Shown one piece after another: positions 40,089 to 48,349 of a DNA stretch of 64,000 nt. Every line of letters starts with the position of its first letter. Within the stretch, counting starts at the first letter, position 1. The position numbers were made by a program, and so were the translations under genes. This stretch comes from Chitinophagaceae bacterium (GTDB lineage: Bacteria; Bacteroidota; Bacteroidia; Chitinophagales; Chitinophagaceae): positions 954 to 64,953 of the forward strand of contig JBMSWW010000001.1 in NCBI GenBank assembly GCA_049425065.1, in the 5' to 3' direction. The notes below the pieces were generated by a model. That model made no database searches, was not told where the DNA came from, and saw nothing but the letters and a program-made list of their open reading frames with translations.

Positions 40089-41513
40089 GTGCGAAAAAAG
40101 AAAAAACATCCTATTCTTCCCGATATCTCCGTAGAAGACTATGCCGCAGAGGGTAAGTGCTTGTCCCGCGTAGACGGAAAAGTCATTTTCATAGAGGGCG
40201 TGGTTCCTGGTGATTGTGTAGATGTACGAATCACCAAAAGTAAAAAAGACTGGGCCGAAGGAGTGCCCGTCCATTTTCATACTTATTCGTCTAACCGCGT
40301 GCAACCCCGTTGCGCACATACTGGTGCCTGCGGCGGATGCCAGTGGCAAATGTTACCCTACGAATGGCAATTGAAATACAAACAACAGCAGGTAGAACAA
40401 ACTCTTCGTCGAATTGGCAAAGTGGAGATTCCGGCTATTTCCACTATTGTAGGCGCCCAAGAAATTTTCGAATACAGAAATAAAATAGAATATACTTTCG
40501 GTAATAAGCGCTATTTACTCCCTGCTGAATTGAAAGACGAATCCATTAATGGGCAGCAAAATGTAGCCGGCTTTCATGCCCGGGGTTTTTTTGATAAGGT
40601 AGTAGACATAGATACTTGTCACTTACAATCTGAACCCACTAACCAAATCAGAAAATTTGTAAAAGCCTTTGCTCTGGAACACAACTGGACTTTCTATGAT
40701 ATTCGTGCCCACGAAGGATATTTGCGAAATATGCAGATACGACTTTGTCGTACGGGGGAATTGATGGTAAATTTGGTAGTAGGGGAAGATGATCCTTTGA
40801 AAACTGAATTGCTACTGGGAGAATTGCTCAAAGAGTTTCCAGTTATAACTACGCTATTATATACGGTCAATAAAAAATGGAATGACAGTATTTATGATCT
40901 GGATCCTGTAGTCTTCCATGGGAAGGGCTATGTAATTGAAGAACTCCGTGGAAAAAATGAAAATGAAGTATATCGTTTTAAAATAGGACCTAAGTCATTT
41001 TTTCAGACTAACACCTTGCAAGCTGAAAAACTTTACCAACTTACCGCCGATTTTGCAGAACTCACCGGAAAAGAAACGCTGTTTGATTTGTATTGTGGCA
41101 CCGGTAGTATTGGTATTTTCCTCAGTAAAAAAGCGGGACATATTGTAGGAGTAGAACAAGTAGCAGCCGCCATTGATGATGCTTGGGAAAATGCAGCACT
41201 GAACGAATTAGAGAAGGTTAATTTTTTTGCAGGCGATGTGATAGACATTTGTCGGGATGATTTTTTTGAAAAACTCGGAAGACCCGATGTAATTATCACC
41301 GATCCCCCTAGAGCCGGTATGCACCCTGACTTGATTGAAAAATTATTGGAAATTGAAGCGCCTACCCTAGTGTATGTGAGTTGTAACCCTGCCACACAAG
41401 CCAGAGACCTGCAGGCCTTGGATGCAAAATATAGGGTAACCCGCGTTCAACCGGTTGATATGTTTCCGCATACTCTGCATATAGAGAATATTGTCCAATT
41501 AAAGCGCAGATAA
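40089..41513 (+). CDS. rlmD: 23S rRNA (uracil-1939-C5)-methyltransferase
   Basis: TRAM domain, C..CGGC Fe-S motif, SFFQTN, DLYCGTG, DPPRAG, YVSCNP and DMFPHT. Confidence 0.95.
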   Translation: MRKKKKHPILPDISVEDYAAEGKCLSRVDGKVIFIEGVVPGDCVDVRITKSKKDWAEGVPVHFHTYSSNRVQPRCAHTGACGGCQWQMLPYEWQLKYKQQQVEQTLRRIGKVEIPAISTIVGAQEIFEYRNKIEYTFGNKRYLLPAELKDESINGQQNVAGFHARGFFDKVVDIDTCHLQSEPTNQIRKFVKAFALEHNWTFYDIRAHEGYLRNMQIRLCRTGELMVNLVVGEDDPLKTELLLGELLKEFPVITTLLYTVNKKWNDSIYDLDPVVFHGKGYVIEELRGKNENEVYRFKIGPKSFFQTNTLQAEKLYQLTADFAELTGKETLFDLYCGTGSIGIFLSKKAGHIVGVEQVAAAIDDAWENAALNELEKVNFFAGDVIDICRDDFFEKLGRPDVIITDPPRAGMHPDLIEKLLEIEAPTLVYVSCNPATQARDLQALDAKYRVTRVQPVDMFPHTLHIENIVQLKRR

Positions 41514-41536
41514 ACGCTTTCAACTACTTTTGTTAC

Positions 41537-42277
41537 ATGACAGAATTTCGTTTTACCAGACCGGATAACTTCCCTCCGATTGTAAAAAATCTGATCATCA
41601 TCAATGTACTGGTCTATGTAGCCCAGTTAACCCTTGCGGCTCGTTTCCCTATTTCTGAGTGGGTAATGCTTTGGCCAATTATGCCAGATAAACTGCAGGG
41701 GATGTTGGTAGAATCAGGCGTTATGGAACCCGGTCAGGGATTTAAGCCCTACCAGATTGCAACGCATATGTTTGCCCACTCGCCTTCTACTTTTTTCCAT
41801 ATTATGTTTAACATGTTCACCCTCTGGATGTTTGGAAAAATATTAGAAAATGTGTGGGGCGGAGAACGTTTTCTTTTTTACTATTTGGCCTGTGGATTGG
41901 GAGCTGCAGCACTTCACTTGGCCATGCAATACCTACGAAGTGAAGAATTGCTCCATGCTTTTCAGGCCAATGACATGAAAGCGATTCGCGAAAATTTGGG
42001 GGCTATTTCCCCTGCTTTGGGAGCTAGTGGCGCCGTGATGGGAGTGATGGTGGCCTTTGCTTATTTGTTTCCCAATACTGAACTATTTATCATGTTTATC
42101 CCCGTGCCAGTCAAAGCAAAATGGGCAGTTTTAGGATTGGCGGCTATCGATCTATTTGGGGGAGTAGCTTCTGTTACCGGAGATAATATTGCGCATTTTG
42201 CTCATTTGGGTGGAGCCCTTACCGGTTTTCTACTTGTGTTATTTTGGAATAAAACGAATCGCCGTACCCTTTATTAA
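41537..42277 (+). CDS. Rhomboid intramembrane serine protease
   Basis: HMFAH..HIMFNM, GASGA catalytic Ser, AHFAHLGG catalytic His. Confidence 0.93.
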   Translation: MTEFRFTRPDNFPPIVKNLIIINVLVYVAQLTLAARFPISEWVMLWPIMPDKLQGMLVESGVMEPGQGFKPYQIATHMFAHSPSTFFHIMFNMFTLWMFGKILENVWGGERFLFYYLACGLGAAALHLAMQYLRSEELLHAFQANDMKAIRENLGAISPALGASGAVMGVMVAFAYLFPNTELFIMFIPVPVKAKWAVLGLAAIDLFGGVASVTGDNIAHFAHLGGALTGFLLVLFWNKTNRRTLY

Positions 42278-42288
42278 ATTGCTGCATT

Positions 42289-43035
42289 ATGAGTTACGAT
42301 CGATTGCGTATTGAAAGAAGAATCAGTCTCGGAGACAGCAACAATGCACTGCTGAAATTAGTAGCTGTTAATCTAATTTTATTTGTAACCCTTGCACTGT
42401 GCAGAGCCTATTTTTTCTTTATTTACCAAGACTTGGCAGCAATTGAAAATGCATTCTATCAACAAATTTTACCTTGGTTCGTATTACCAATTAAACTGGA
42501 TACGTTAATTAGTCGCCCTTGGACTTTTTTAAGTTTTCCCTTTGTAAATGCAGGCGTATGGATGGTATTGGGGAATATGCTTTGGTTATGGGCCTTTGGA
42601 TTTATCGTACAAGATCTTACCGGCTATCGTAAAATAATTCCTTTGTATCTCTATGGGGGATGGGCTAGTGGAGTTACCTTCTTTATTACTGCGCAGCTAC
42701 TAGAAACGCCGACGGATACAGGCTTTTACGGAGCCGCTCCTGCAGTAATGACCATGGCAATTGCGGCTACTACCCTGGCGCCCCAGTATCGAATTCTTCC
42801 TGAGCTGCGCGGAGGATTTCCCCTCTGGATATTGACAGTATTTTATGTACTCATCAACCTGGGTACACAACCGCTTCATCAGCCCCTTTCGTATTTGCCT
42901 TTGGTAGCAGGGGGCTTAACAGGGTTCTTATTCATACGCCTTTTGCAAAAAGGATATGACACCAGTAAATGGATGAGTAATTTCTTTGAATGGGTCAACA
43001 ACCTCTTCAATCCTGATAAAAAAAGATACTCTTAA
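42289..43035 (+). CDS. Rhomboid-like protein, apparently lacking the catalytic Ser and His
   Basis: RPWT..F and GNMLWLWAFG rhomboid features, but GAAPA in place of GxSG and YLPLVAGG in place of AHLGG. Confidence 0.78.
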   Translation: MSYDRLRIERRISLGDSNNALLKLVAVNLILFVTLALCRAYFFFIYQDLAAIENAFYQQILPWFVLPIKLDTLISRPWTFLSFPFVNAGVWMVLGNMLWLWAFGFIVQDLTGYRKIIPLYLYGGWASGVTFFITAQLLETPTDTGFYGAAPAVMTMAIAATTLAPQYRILPELRGGFPLWILTVFYVLINLGTQPLHQPLSYLPLVAGGLTGFLFIRLLQKGYDTSKWMSNFFEWVNNLFNPDKKRYS

Positions 43036-43604
43036 AAACGATCAACAATGGTGGAAAGCGACTCAAAGATCTCGTCCACCGTACCCTCACCAGGGATAGA
43101 CTCAAACTTTCCTGCGGCACGATAATGATCAGCTACCGGAGTAGTTTCGTCCAGATATACTGCAAAGCGTTTGCGAATTACCGATTCATCGGCATCGTCA
43201 CTGCGACCAGAAGTTTTGCCACGATTAAGGAGTCTTTTTACTAATTCCTCTTCGCTTACCTCCAATGAAATAACACTAGAGATGGCGGTGTTTTTTTTAG
43301 TCAATAACTCATCCAGCGCCTGTGCTTGAGCTGCGGTGCGAGGAAATCCGTCAAGTAAAATGCCTTTCGCATTTTTATGTTGGTCAAAAAAAGAATCAAC
43401 CATACCGATCACCACTTCATCGGGCACTAATTTACCCGCATCCATATAAGCCTTAGCCGCAAGTCCCAGGTCTGTTTTATCCGCAATTTGCTGTCGGAGC
43501 AAATTACCGGTAGACAAATGCTTTAAACCGTACTTTTCTACTAACTTATCGGATTGAGTTCCTTTTCCACTACCTGGGGGGCCAAAAAGAATGAGATTGA
43601 ACAT
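43032..43604 (-). CDS. adk: Adenylate kinase (short LID)
   Basis: GPPGSGKGTQ, HLSTG, LDGFPRT and GRSDD motifs. Confidence 0.96.
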   Translation of the reverse strand: MFNLILFGPPGSGKGTQSDKLVEKYGLKHLSTGNLLRQQIADKTDLGLAAKAYMDAGKLVPDEVVIGMVDSFFDQHKNAKGILLDGFPRTAAQAQALDELLTKKNTAISSVISLEVSEEELVKRLLNRGKTSGRSDDADESVIRKRFAVYLDETTPVADHYRAAGKFESIPGEGTVDEIFESLSTIVDRF

Positions 43605-43708
43605 AGTAGTTGTTTTGAGAAGGTCTACAAAGGTACGTTGAGCAGACTTAACTTTGTGCTAACAAGTGTAAGCATTCATAAGAAGTCAAAAAACCTCAAT
43701 TTTGCCCT

Positions 43709-44260
43709 ATGAAAATGTGGGTTGCCTCTATCCTTATTTTTTCCGCCGTCCTCTATGCCCAAACCTGGGAAACTACTATTCCACCATCTCCTTCTAAAGT
43801 AAAAACCATGGATACCACTAAAAAAAATAATCCCATTTACTCCAAAACCTCCTCAGAGAAGGTAGTGCTACCCGAAGAAGAGTGGAAAAAGATTCTGGCC
43901 CCCGAGGTTTTCTATATAGCGCGTCAAAAAGGGACGGAAAGACCATGGTCCAGTCCCATTGAGCATTTAAAAGATATTGGCACCTACTATTGTAAGGCCT
44001 GTGGAAATCCGCTTTTTAAAAGCGATACCAAATTTGACAGTGGCTGCGGATGGCCCAGCTTTTTTGAGCCTATTCAAAAAGAAAATATTATTTATACCCC
44101 CGACAATAGTCATGGAATGATCAGAACGGAGGTACAATGTGGTCGCTGTAAGGCCCATTTAGGGCATGTTTTTGATGATGGCCCCCCTCCCACCGGTTTA
44201 CGCTACTGCATAAATGGGGTAATCCTGGATTTTGAGAAAAAGAAAGGCCTAGAGAAATAA
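43709..44260 (+). CDS. msrB: Peptide-methionine (R)-S-oxide reductase with a predicted signal peptide
   Basis: KGTER, CKAC, KFDSGCGWPSF, CGRC..HLGHVF and RYCING motifs. Confidence 0.95.
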   Translation: MKMWVASILIFSAVLYAQTWETTIPPSPSKVKTMDTTKKNNPIYSKTSSEKVVLPEEEWKKILAPEVFYIARQKGTERPWSSPIEHLKDIGTYYCKACGNPLFKSDTKFDSGCGWPSFFEPIQKENIIYTPDNSHGMIRTEVQCGRCKAHLGHVFDDGPPPTGLRYCINGVILDFEKKKGLEK

Positions 44261-44290
44261 ATTAACTTTACCTAAGGAAATTCACCAGGC

Positions 44291-45547
44291 ATGAAACTCT
44301 CCCAACTTGCAGAAACATTAATTGGCTCCGAGATTGTAAAACTTGGAAGTGAGATCAAAGAAAAAATTAGGCAGGGAGCCAAGATTTACAATTTTACCAT
44401 CGGGGACTTTGACCCTGCTATTTTTCCCATTCCTAAAGAACTGGAAAATGAAATTGTAGACGCGTATCGTCATCAATTCACTAATTACCCCACTGCCGAG
44501 GGAAACCTGGATCTACGAGAGGCCCTATCTCGATTCATGGAAAAAAAAGAAGGGATTCGCTATAATACGAGCGAAATTCTGGTAGCTTCTGGTGGACGTC
44601 CTCTCATTTACACTGTATTTAGAACCATCTGTGATAAGAATGACAAAGTTATTTATGCGGTTCCTTCTTGGAATAATAACCACTACACTCACTTTACAGA
44701 AAGTCAACATGTAGTGATTGAAGCCACGGAGCAGACCAACTTCATGCCTACGGCCAAGGATATAAAACCGCATATCCAAGATGCCGCCCTGATTTCTTTA
44801 TGCTCCCCACAAAATCCAACAGGAACTACTTTCAAAAAAGAAGAACTAGAAGCCATCTGCGATCTGGTGCTGGAAGAAAATAAACGCAGAGGACCGGATG
44901 CCAAAAAACTATACGTGATGTATGACCAGATGTACTGGCATTTAACCTATGGAGACATCCAGCATCACAATCCTGTTTCCCTGCGTCCGGAGATGAAAGA
45001 GTATACCATTTTCATTGATGCCATCAGCAAAGTCTTTGCAGCCACGGGAGTGCGAGTGGGTTGGGCGCTGGGTCCTGCAGCCCTGATTCAGAAAATGAAA
45101 GTGATCCTTACCCATATGGGCGCTTGGGCACCTATGGCAGAACAAAAGGGATTAGCAAAATACCTCTTACAAGGTGAGGTTATAAATAGTTACCTCTCGA
45201 ATTTTAAAAAAGAAATCGAAGAAAGACTTCGTGCTATTTATAAAGGCTTTCAACAACTAAATAAAGAAGGATTGCCAGTGAATGCAATTGCCCCCGAAGC
45301 GGCTATTTACCTCACGGTGAAAATAGACTTGAAGGGAAGAAAAAAAGCTGACGGAACTGTGTTAGAAAAACAAGCCGATGTTACCGCTTATTTACTAGAC
45401 GCCGCCGGACTGGCCCTAGTACCCTTTTACGCTTTTGGTGCCTCTTCGCAATCACCTTGGTATCGACTGAGTGTGGGCACTTGTAAAAAGGAAGAAATAA
45501 GCACATTCATAGAAAAACTTAGACAAGCCATTCTCTCTTTGCAATAA
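44291..45547 (+). CDS. PLP-dependent class I/II aminotransferase (aspartate aminotransferase-like)
   Basis: SPQNPTG, YDQMY and SKVFAATGVRVGW (PLP-Lys) motifs. Confidence 0.9.
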   Translation: MKLSQLAETLIGSEIVKLGSEIKEKIRQGAKIYNFTIGDFDPAIFPIPKELENEIVDAYRHQFTNYPTAEGNLDLREALSRFMEKKEGIRYNTSEILVASGGRPLIYTVFRTICDKNDKVIYAVPSWNNNHYTHFTESQHVVIEATEQTNFMPTAKDIKPHIQDAALISLCSPQNPTGTTFKKEELEAICDLVLEENKRRGPDAKKLYVMYDQMYWHLTYGDIQHHNPVSLRPEMKEYTIFIDAISKVFAATGVRVGWALGPAALIQKMKVILTHMGAWAPMAEQKGLAKYLLQGEVINSYLSNFKKEIEERLRAIYKGFQQLNKEGLPVNAIAPEAAIYLTVKIDLKGRKKADGTVLEKQADVTAYLLDAAGLALVPFYAFGASSQSPWYRLSVGTCKKEEISTFIEKLRQAILSLQ

Positions 45548-45566
45548 AGCAGCGCTGCTAAATTGA

Positions 45567-45701
45567 TCAACGAACATTTTGACCCGGACATCCGCAATTA
45601 CGGGATGCTTTACCTCCTACCCTGCCGTAATAGTTTTTATTGCATGACATCATAATTCCGAACAGTAGGATTCCTATAAAAAACAAACTAATTCTTTTCA
45701 T
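45567..45701 (-). CDS. Small (44 aa) lipoprotein missed by the ORF track
   Basis: Translated manually: MKRISLFFIGILLFGIMMS-CNKNYYGRVGGKASRNCGCPGQNVR*. Basic N-region, hydrophobic core, lipobox Cys20; fills an otherwise empty 228-nt gap. Confidence 0.72.
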   Translation of the reverse strand: MKRISLFFIGILLFGIMMSCNKNYYGRVGGKASRNCGCPGQNVR

Positions 45702-45775
45702 AGCCTAAAAATCATCAATTAAAACTACTTTACAAACGATTTTGTTGTCCAAAGCTGTTAAAATATTATTCGAGT

Positions 45776-46936
45776 ATGCCTAGCGCTTATCCCCGCGTAA
45801 TAGTATCTCCCTTAAACTGGGGACTGGGGCATGCCACCCGATGTATCCCCCTCATCAAAGAACTGATGGCTTTGGGTTGTGAAGTAATAATTGCCACCAA
45901 CGGGGCAGCCTCCCTTCTTTTAAAAAATGAATTTCCTTCCCTTCAACATCTTACCACACCTGGTAAAACGATTCAATACAGTAAAAGCCATATTGGGTTT
46001 TTCTTTTCAATGCTTTGGCAATTACCTAATTTATGGCGCCAGGTAAAGCAAGAACAACATTGGATACAAGAAGTAGTTGATCGATATCAGCTTCAACTAA
46101 TTATTTCCGATAATCGTTACGGAATCCATCATAAAAATGTCCCTTCGATAATCATCACACATCAACTGGGAATTAAAACTGGCTTAGCAAAAATTGCTGA
46201 TCAGCTACTACAAAAATGGTTATACCGACTGCTAAAAAACTTCAACGAAGTATGGGTACCCGACCATCAAGGACAAGGCTCCTTAGCCGGATCGCTTTCT
46301 CAACCGGATACGATGCCGAGTATACCAGTCTATTATATTGGGCCTTTGAATCGATTTGCAGAATTCAACACTTCAAGGGGATTCCTATCATCGATCACCA
46401 CAAAAAACCCTTCTTTACTCATTCTCCTTTCAGGACCAGAACCCCAAAGAACCCTGCTTGAAAATAAGTTGAAAGCACAAGTAACCAACTACCCTGGAAA
46501 GGTAACCCTACTACGAGGTTTACCACAAATAAAAACAACTGCTGAGGAATTCGCAGGAGCTCAACAACAGTTTCCCTTGTTTTATGGTGCGCAAAACATA
46601 GAGATTTTGCAACATTTACCACCAGAGGAACTCTTTAAAAAAATAGTTGAGGCCGATTGTATTCTTTGTCGTAGTGGCTACACCTCATTAATGGAGTTGT
46701 TACCGTTTCAGAAAAGATTAATACTGATCCCTACCCCTGGACAAGCAGAACAGGAATACTTAGCAAAATATTGTAATAAAAAGCGATGGGCCATTTGCAG
46801 CACACAAAAAAAACTGGAATTGTCAATGCTTATCAAAAAAGCAAGCACTTATTCCTACCAGCCAAGCAGTGTTGCCCTTGGAAATTATAATTTGATAAAA
46901 GAAAGAGTCCGTTTTTATTTACGTTCTTTGCCTTAA
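45776..46936 (+). CDS. GT-B fold glycosyltransferase (MurG/GT28-like C-terminus)
   Basis: PLNWGLGHATRC, ISDNRYG, LSGPEPQR, RSGYTSLME and PTPGQAEQEY motifs. Confidence 0.88.
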   Translation: MPSAYPRVIVSPLNWGLGHATRCIPLIKELMALGCEVIIATNGAASLLLKNEFPSLQHLTTPGKTIQYSKSHIGFFFSMLWQLPNLWRQVKQEQHWIQEVVDRYQLQLIISDNRYGIHHKNVPSIIITHQLGIKTGLAKIADQLLQKWLYRLLKNFNEVWVPDHQGQGSLAGSLSQPDTMPSIPVYYIGPLNRFAEFNTSRGFLSSITTKNPSLLILLSGPEPQRTLLENKLKAQVTNYPGKVTLLRGLPQIKTTAEEFAGAQQQFPLFYGAQNIEILQHLPPEELFKKIVEADCILCRSGYTSLMELLPFQKRLILIPTPGQAEQEYLAKYCNKKRWAICSTQKKLELSMLIKKASTYSYQPSSVALGNYNLIKERVRFYLRSLP

Positions 46937-46946
46937 TTGATTCCCC

Positions 46947-47828
46947 TTGAAATCCATTACCAAGGCACATATCGCAGTTTTAGTGACCAACTTTTTCTTT
47001 GCGACGAATCTGAGTCTCGTAAAATTTATCTCCCCCTCTATAGTAGGAGCTTATGGGGTGAACTTTTTCCGAACTGGAATATCCTTTCTCTTATTCTGGA
47101 CACTTTGGGCATTTTCAAAAAAACCAGCAGGCATTGAACCCAAAGACCTAAAACGTTTTATTCTTTGTGCTATCACAGGAGTTGCCGTGAATCAAATGCT
47201 ATTTGTGAAAGGACTGACCATGACCTCCACCATCCACGCGGCCTTACTCATGTTAAGTACTCCCATTTTAATTTCCGTGTTTGCCTTTTGGTGGCTAAAA
47301 GAAAAATTTTCAGGCTGGAATGGCTTGGGTCTTTTTTTAGGGGTTGGAGGAGCGATGTTACTAGTATTCTCCCGCGACCCTCGAGGAGTGGCCTCCAGCA
47401 TAGGAGATCTTTTGATTCTCATCAATGCAATTTCCTATGCCATCTATTTTATCTTGGTAAAACCTCTCATGACAAAATACTCTCCCTTGCATGTAATACG
47501 CTGGGTATTTACACTAGGATTTTTCTTTATACTCCCCTTCAGTTGGAATGAGGTAGTCGCTATTAATTGGCAACAGGCACACTTGTATCATATAGCTGCC
47601 TTGGGATCTATTGTCTTCTTTGGTACTTTCCTTACCTATTCATTCAATACCTATGGATTAAAACATTTGGGAGCGGCTACTACGGGAAGTTATATCTACA
47701 CACAACCCATCTTTGCCGCTATCATCGCAGCCTTATTCCTCAATGAACAATTCAGTCTTGAAAAAATCATCGCCGCCCTGCTAATTTTTGGAGGAGTATA
47801 CCTAGTTAGCAAAAAGCCAACCCCTTAA
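46947..47828 (+). CDS. EamA/DMT family transporter
   Basis: Ten TM segments in two EamA repeats; GDLLIL and YIYTQPIFA. Confidence 0.9.
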   Translation: MKSITKAHIAVLVTNFFFATNLSLVKFISPSIVGAYGVNFFRTGISFLLFWTLWAFSKKPAGIEPKDLKRFILCAITGVAVNQMLFVKGLTMTSTIHAALLMLSTPILISVFAFWWLKEKFSGWNGLGLFLGVGGAMLLVFSRDPRGVASSIGDLLILINAISYAIYFILVKPLMTKYSPLHVIRWVFTLGFFFILPFSWNEVVAINWQQAHLYHIAALGSIVFFGTFLTYSFNTYGLKHLGAATTGSYIYTQPIFAAIIAALFLNEQFSLEKIIAALLIFGGVYLVSKKPTP

Positions 47829-47830
47829 TT

Positions 47831-48349
47831 TCAACCTAGTAAGTCTGGGGTCTTAAACCAAAGCCATTCTTTAGTGGTATTACGAATGTTTTTCCATGCA
47901 GTAGTTTCTACCTTGAAAACTGCTACTCCACAAGGAGGAATAACGTCGATTCTATTATTGGTAAGTGAATTTGCAAAATCAGTAATGCCATTATTATGAG
48001 AAAAAACAAAAAGGGTGTTAATAGAATCAACAACATCTTCTATTACTTCATAAAAAATATCTTTCTGCGGGAGATAAAGTTGCGAATGGGGCTGTATGTT
48101 TTTTAGAGGATAAGAGAGTGTTTCAGAAAAGATTGCAGCAGTTTCTTGGGTACGTAGTGCAGTGCTTGTTAAAAACAAGGGAGTGAATTCAGAGAGAAGT
48201 GCTAACTTTTCACGCAACCAGTTGGCCATCCCTTTTGCCTCTTCGGCACCACGGCTTGTTAGAGGTCTATCTATATCTTTATAGTCGCCATAGGGAGAAA
48301 CCGCTTTGGCATGTCTTATTAGCACTACTATTTTAGCATCAGTACCCAC
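47831..48349 (-). CDS. SixA-like histidine phosphatase
   Basis: LIRHAKA, DRPLTSRG, STALRTQET and FSHNNG motifs. Confidence 0.88.
   Translation of the reverse strand: MGTDAKIVVLIRHAKAVSPYGDYKDIDRPLTSRGAEEAKGMANWLREKLALLSEFTPLFLTSTALRTQETAAIFSETLSYPLKNIQPHSQLYLPQKDIFYEVIEDVVDSINTLFVFSHNNGITDFANSLTNNRIDVIPPCGVAVFKVETTAWKNIRNTTKEWLWFKTPDLLG

Noticed and set aside
45548-45559. 12-bp palindrome AGCAGCGCTGCT between convergent stop codons
   Set aside because: Too short, with no loop or U-tail to support a terminator or operator call.
45590-45675. Possible structured ncRNA (ATTACGG/CCGTAAT and TCCTAC/GTAGGA pairings) in the gap after the aminotransferase
   Set aside because: The stems are short and imperfect, and the region is better explained by the 44-aa lipoprotein ORF on the minus strand.
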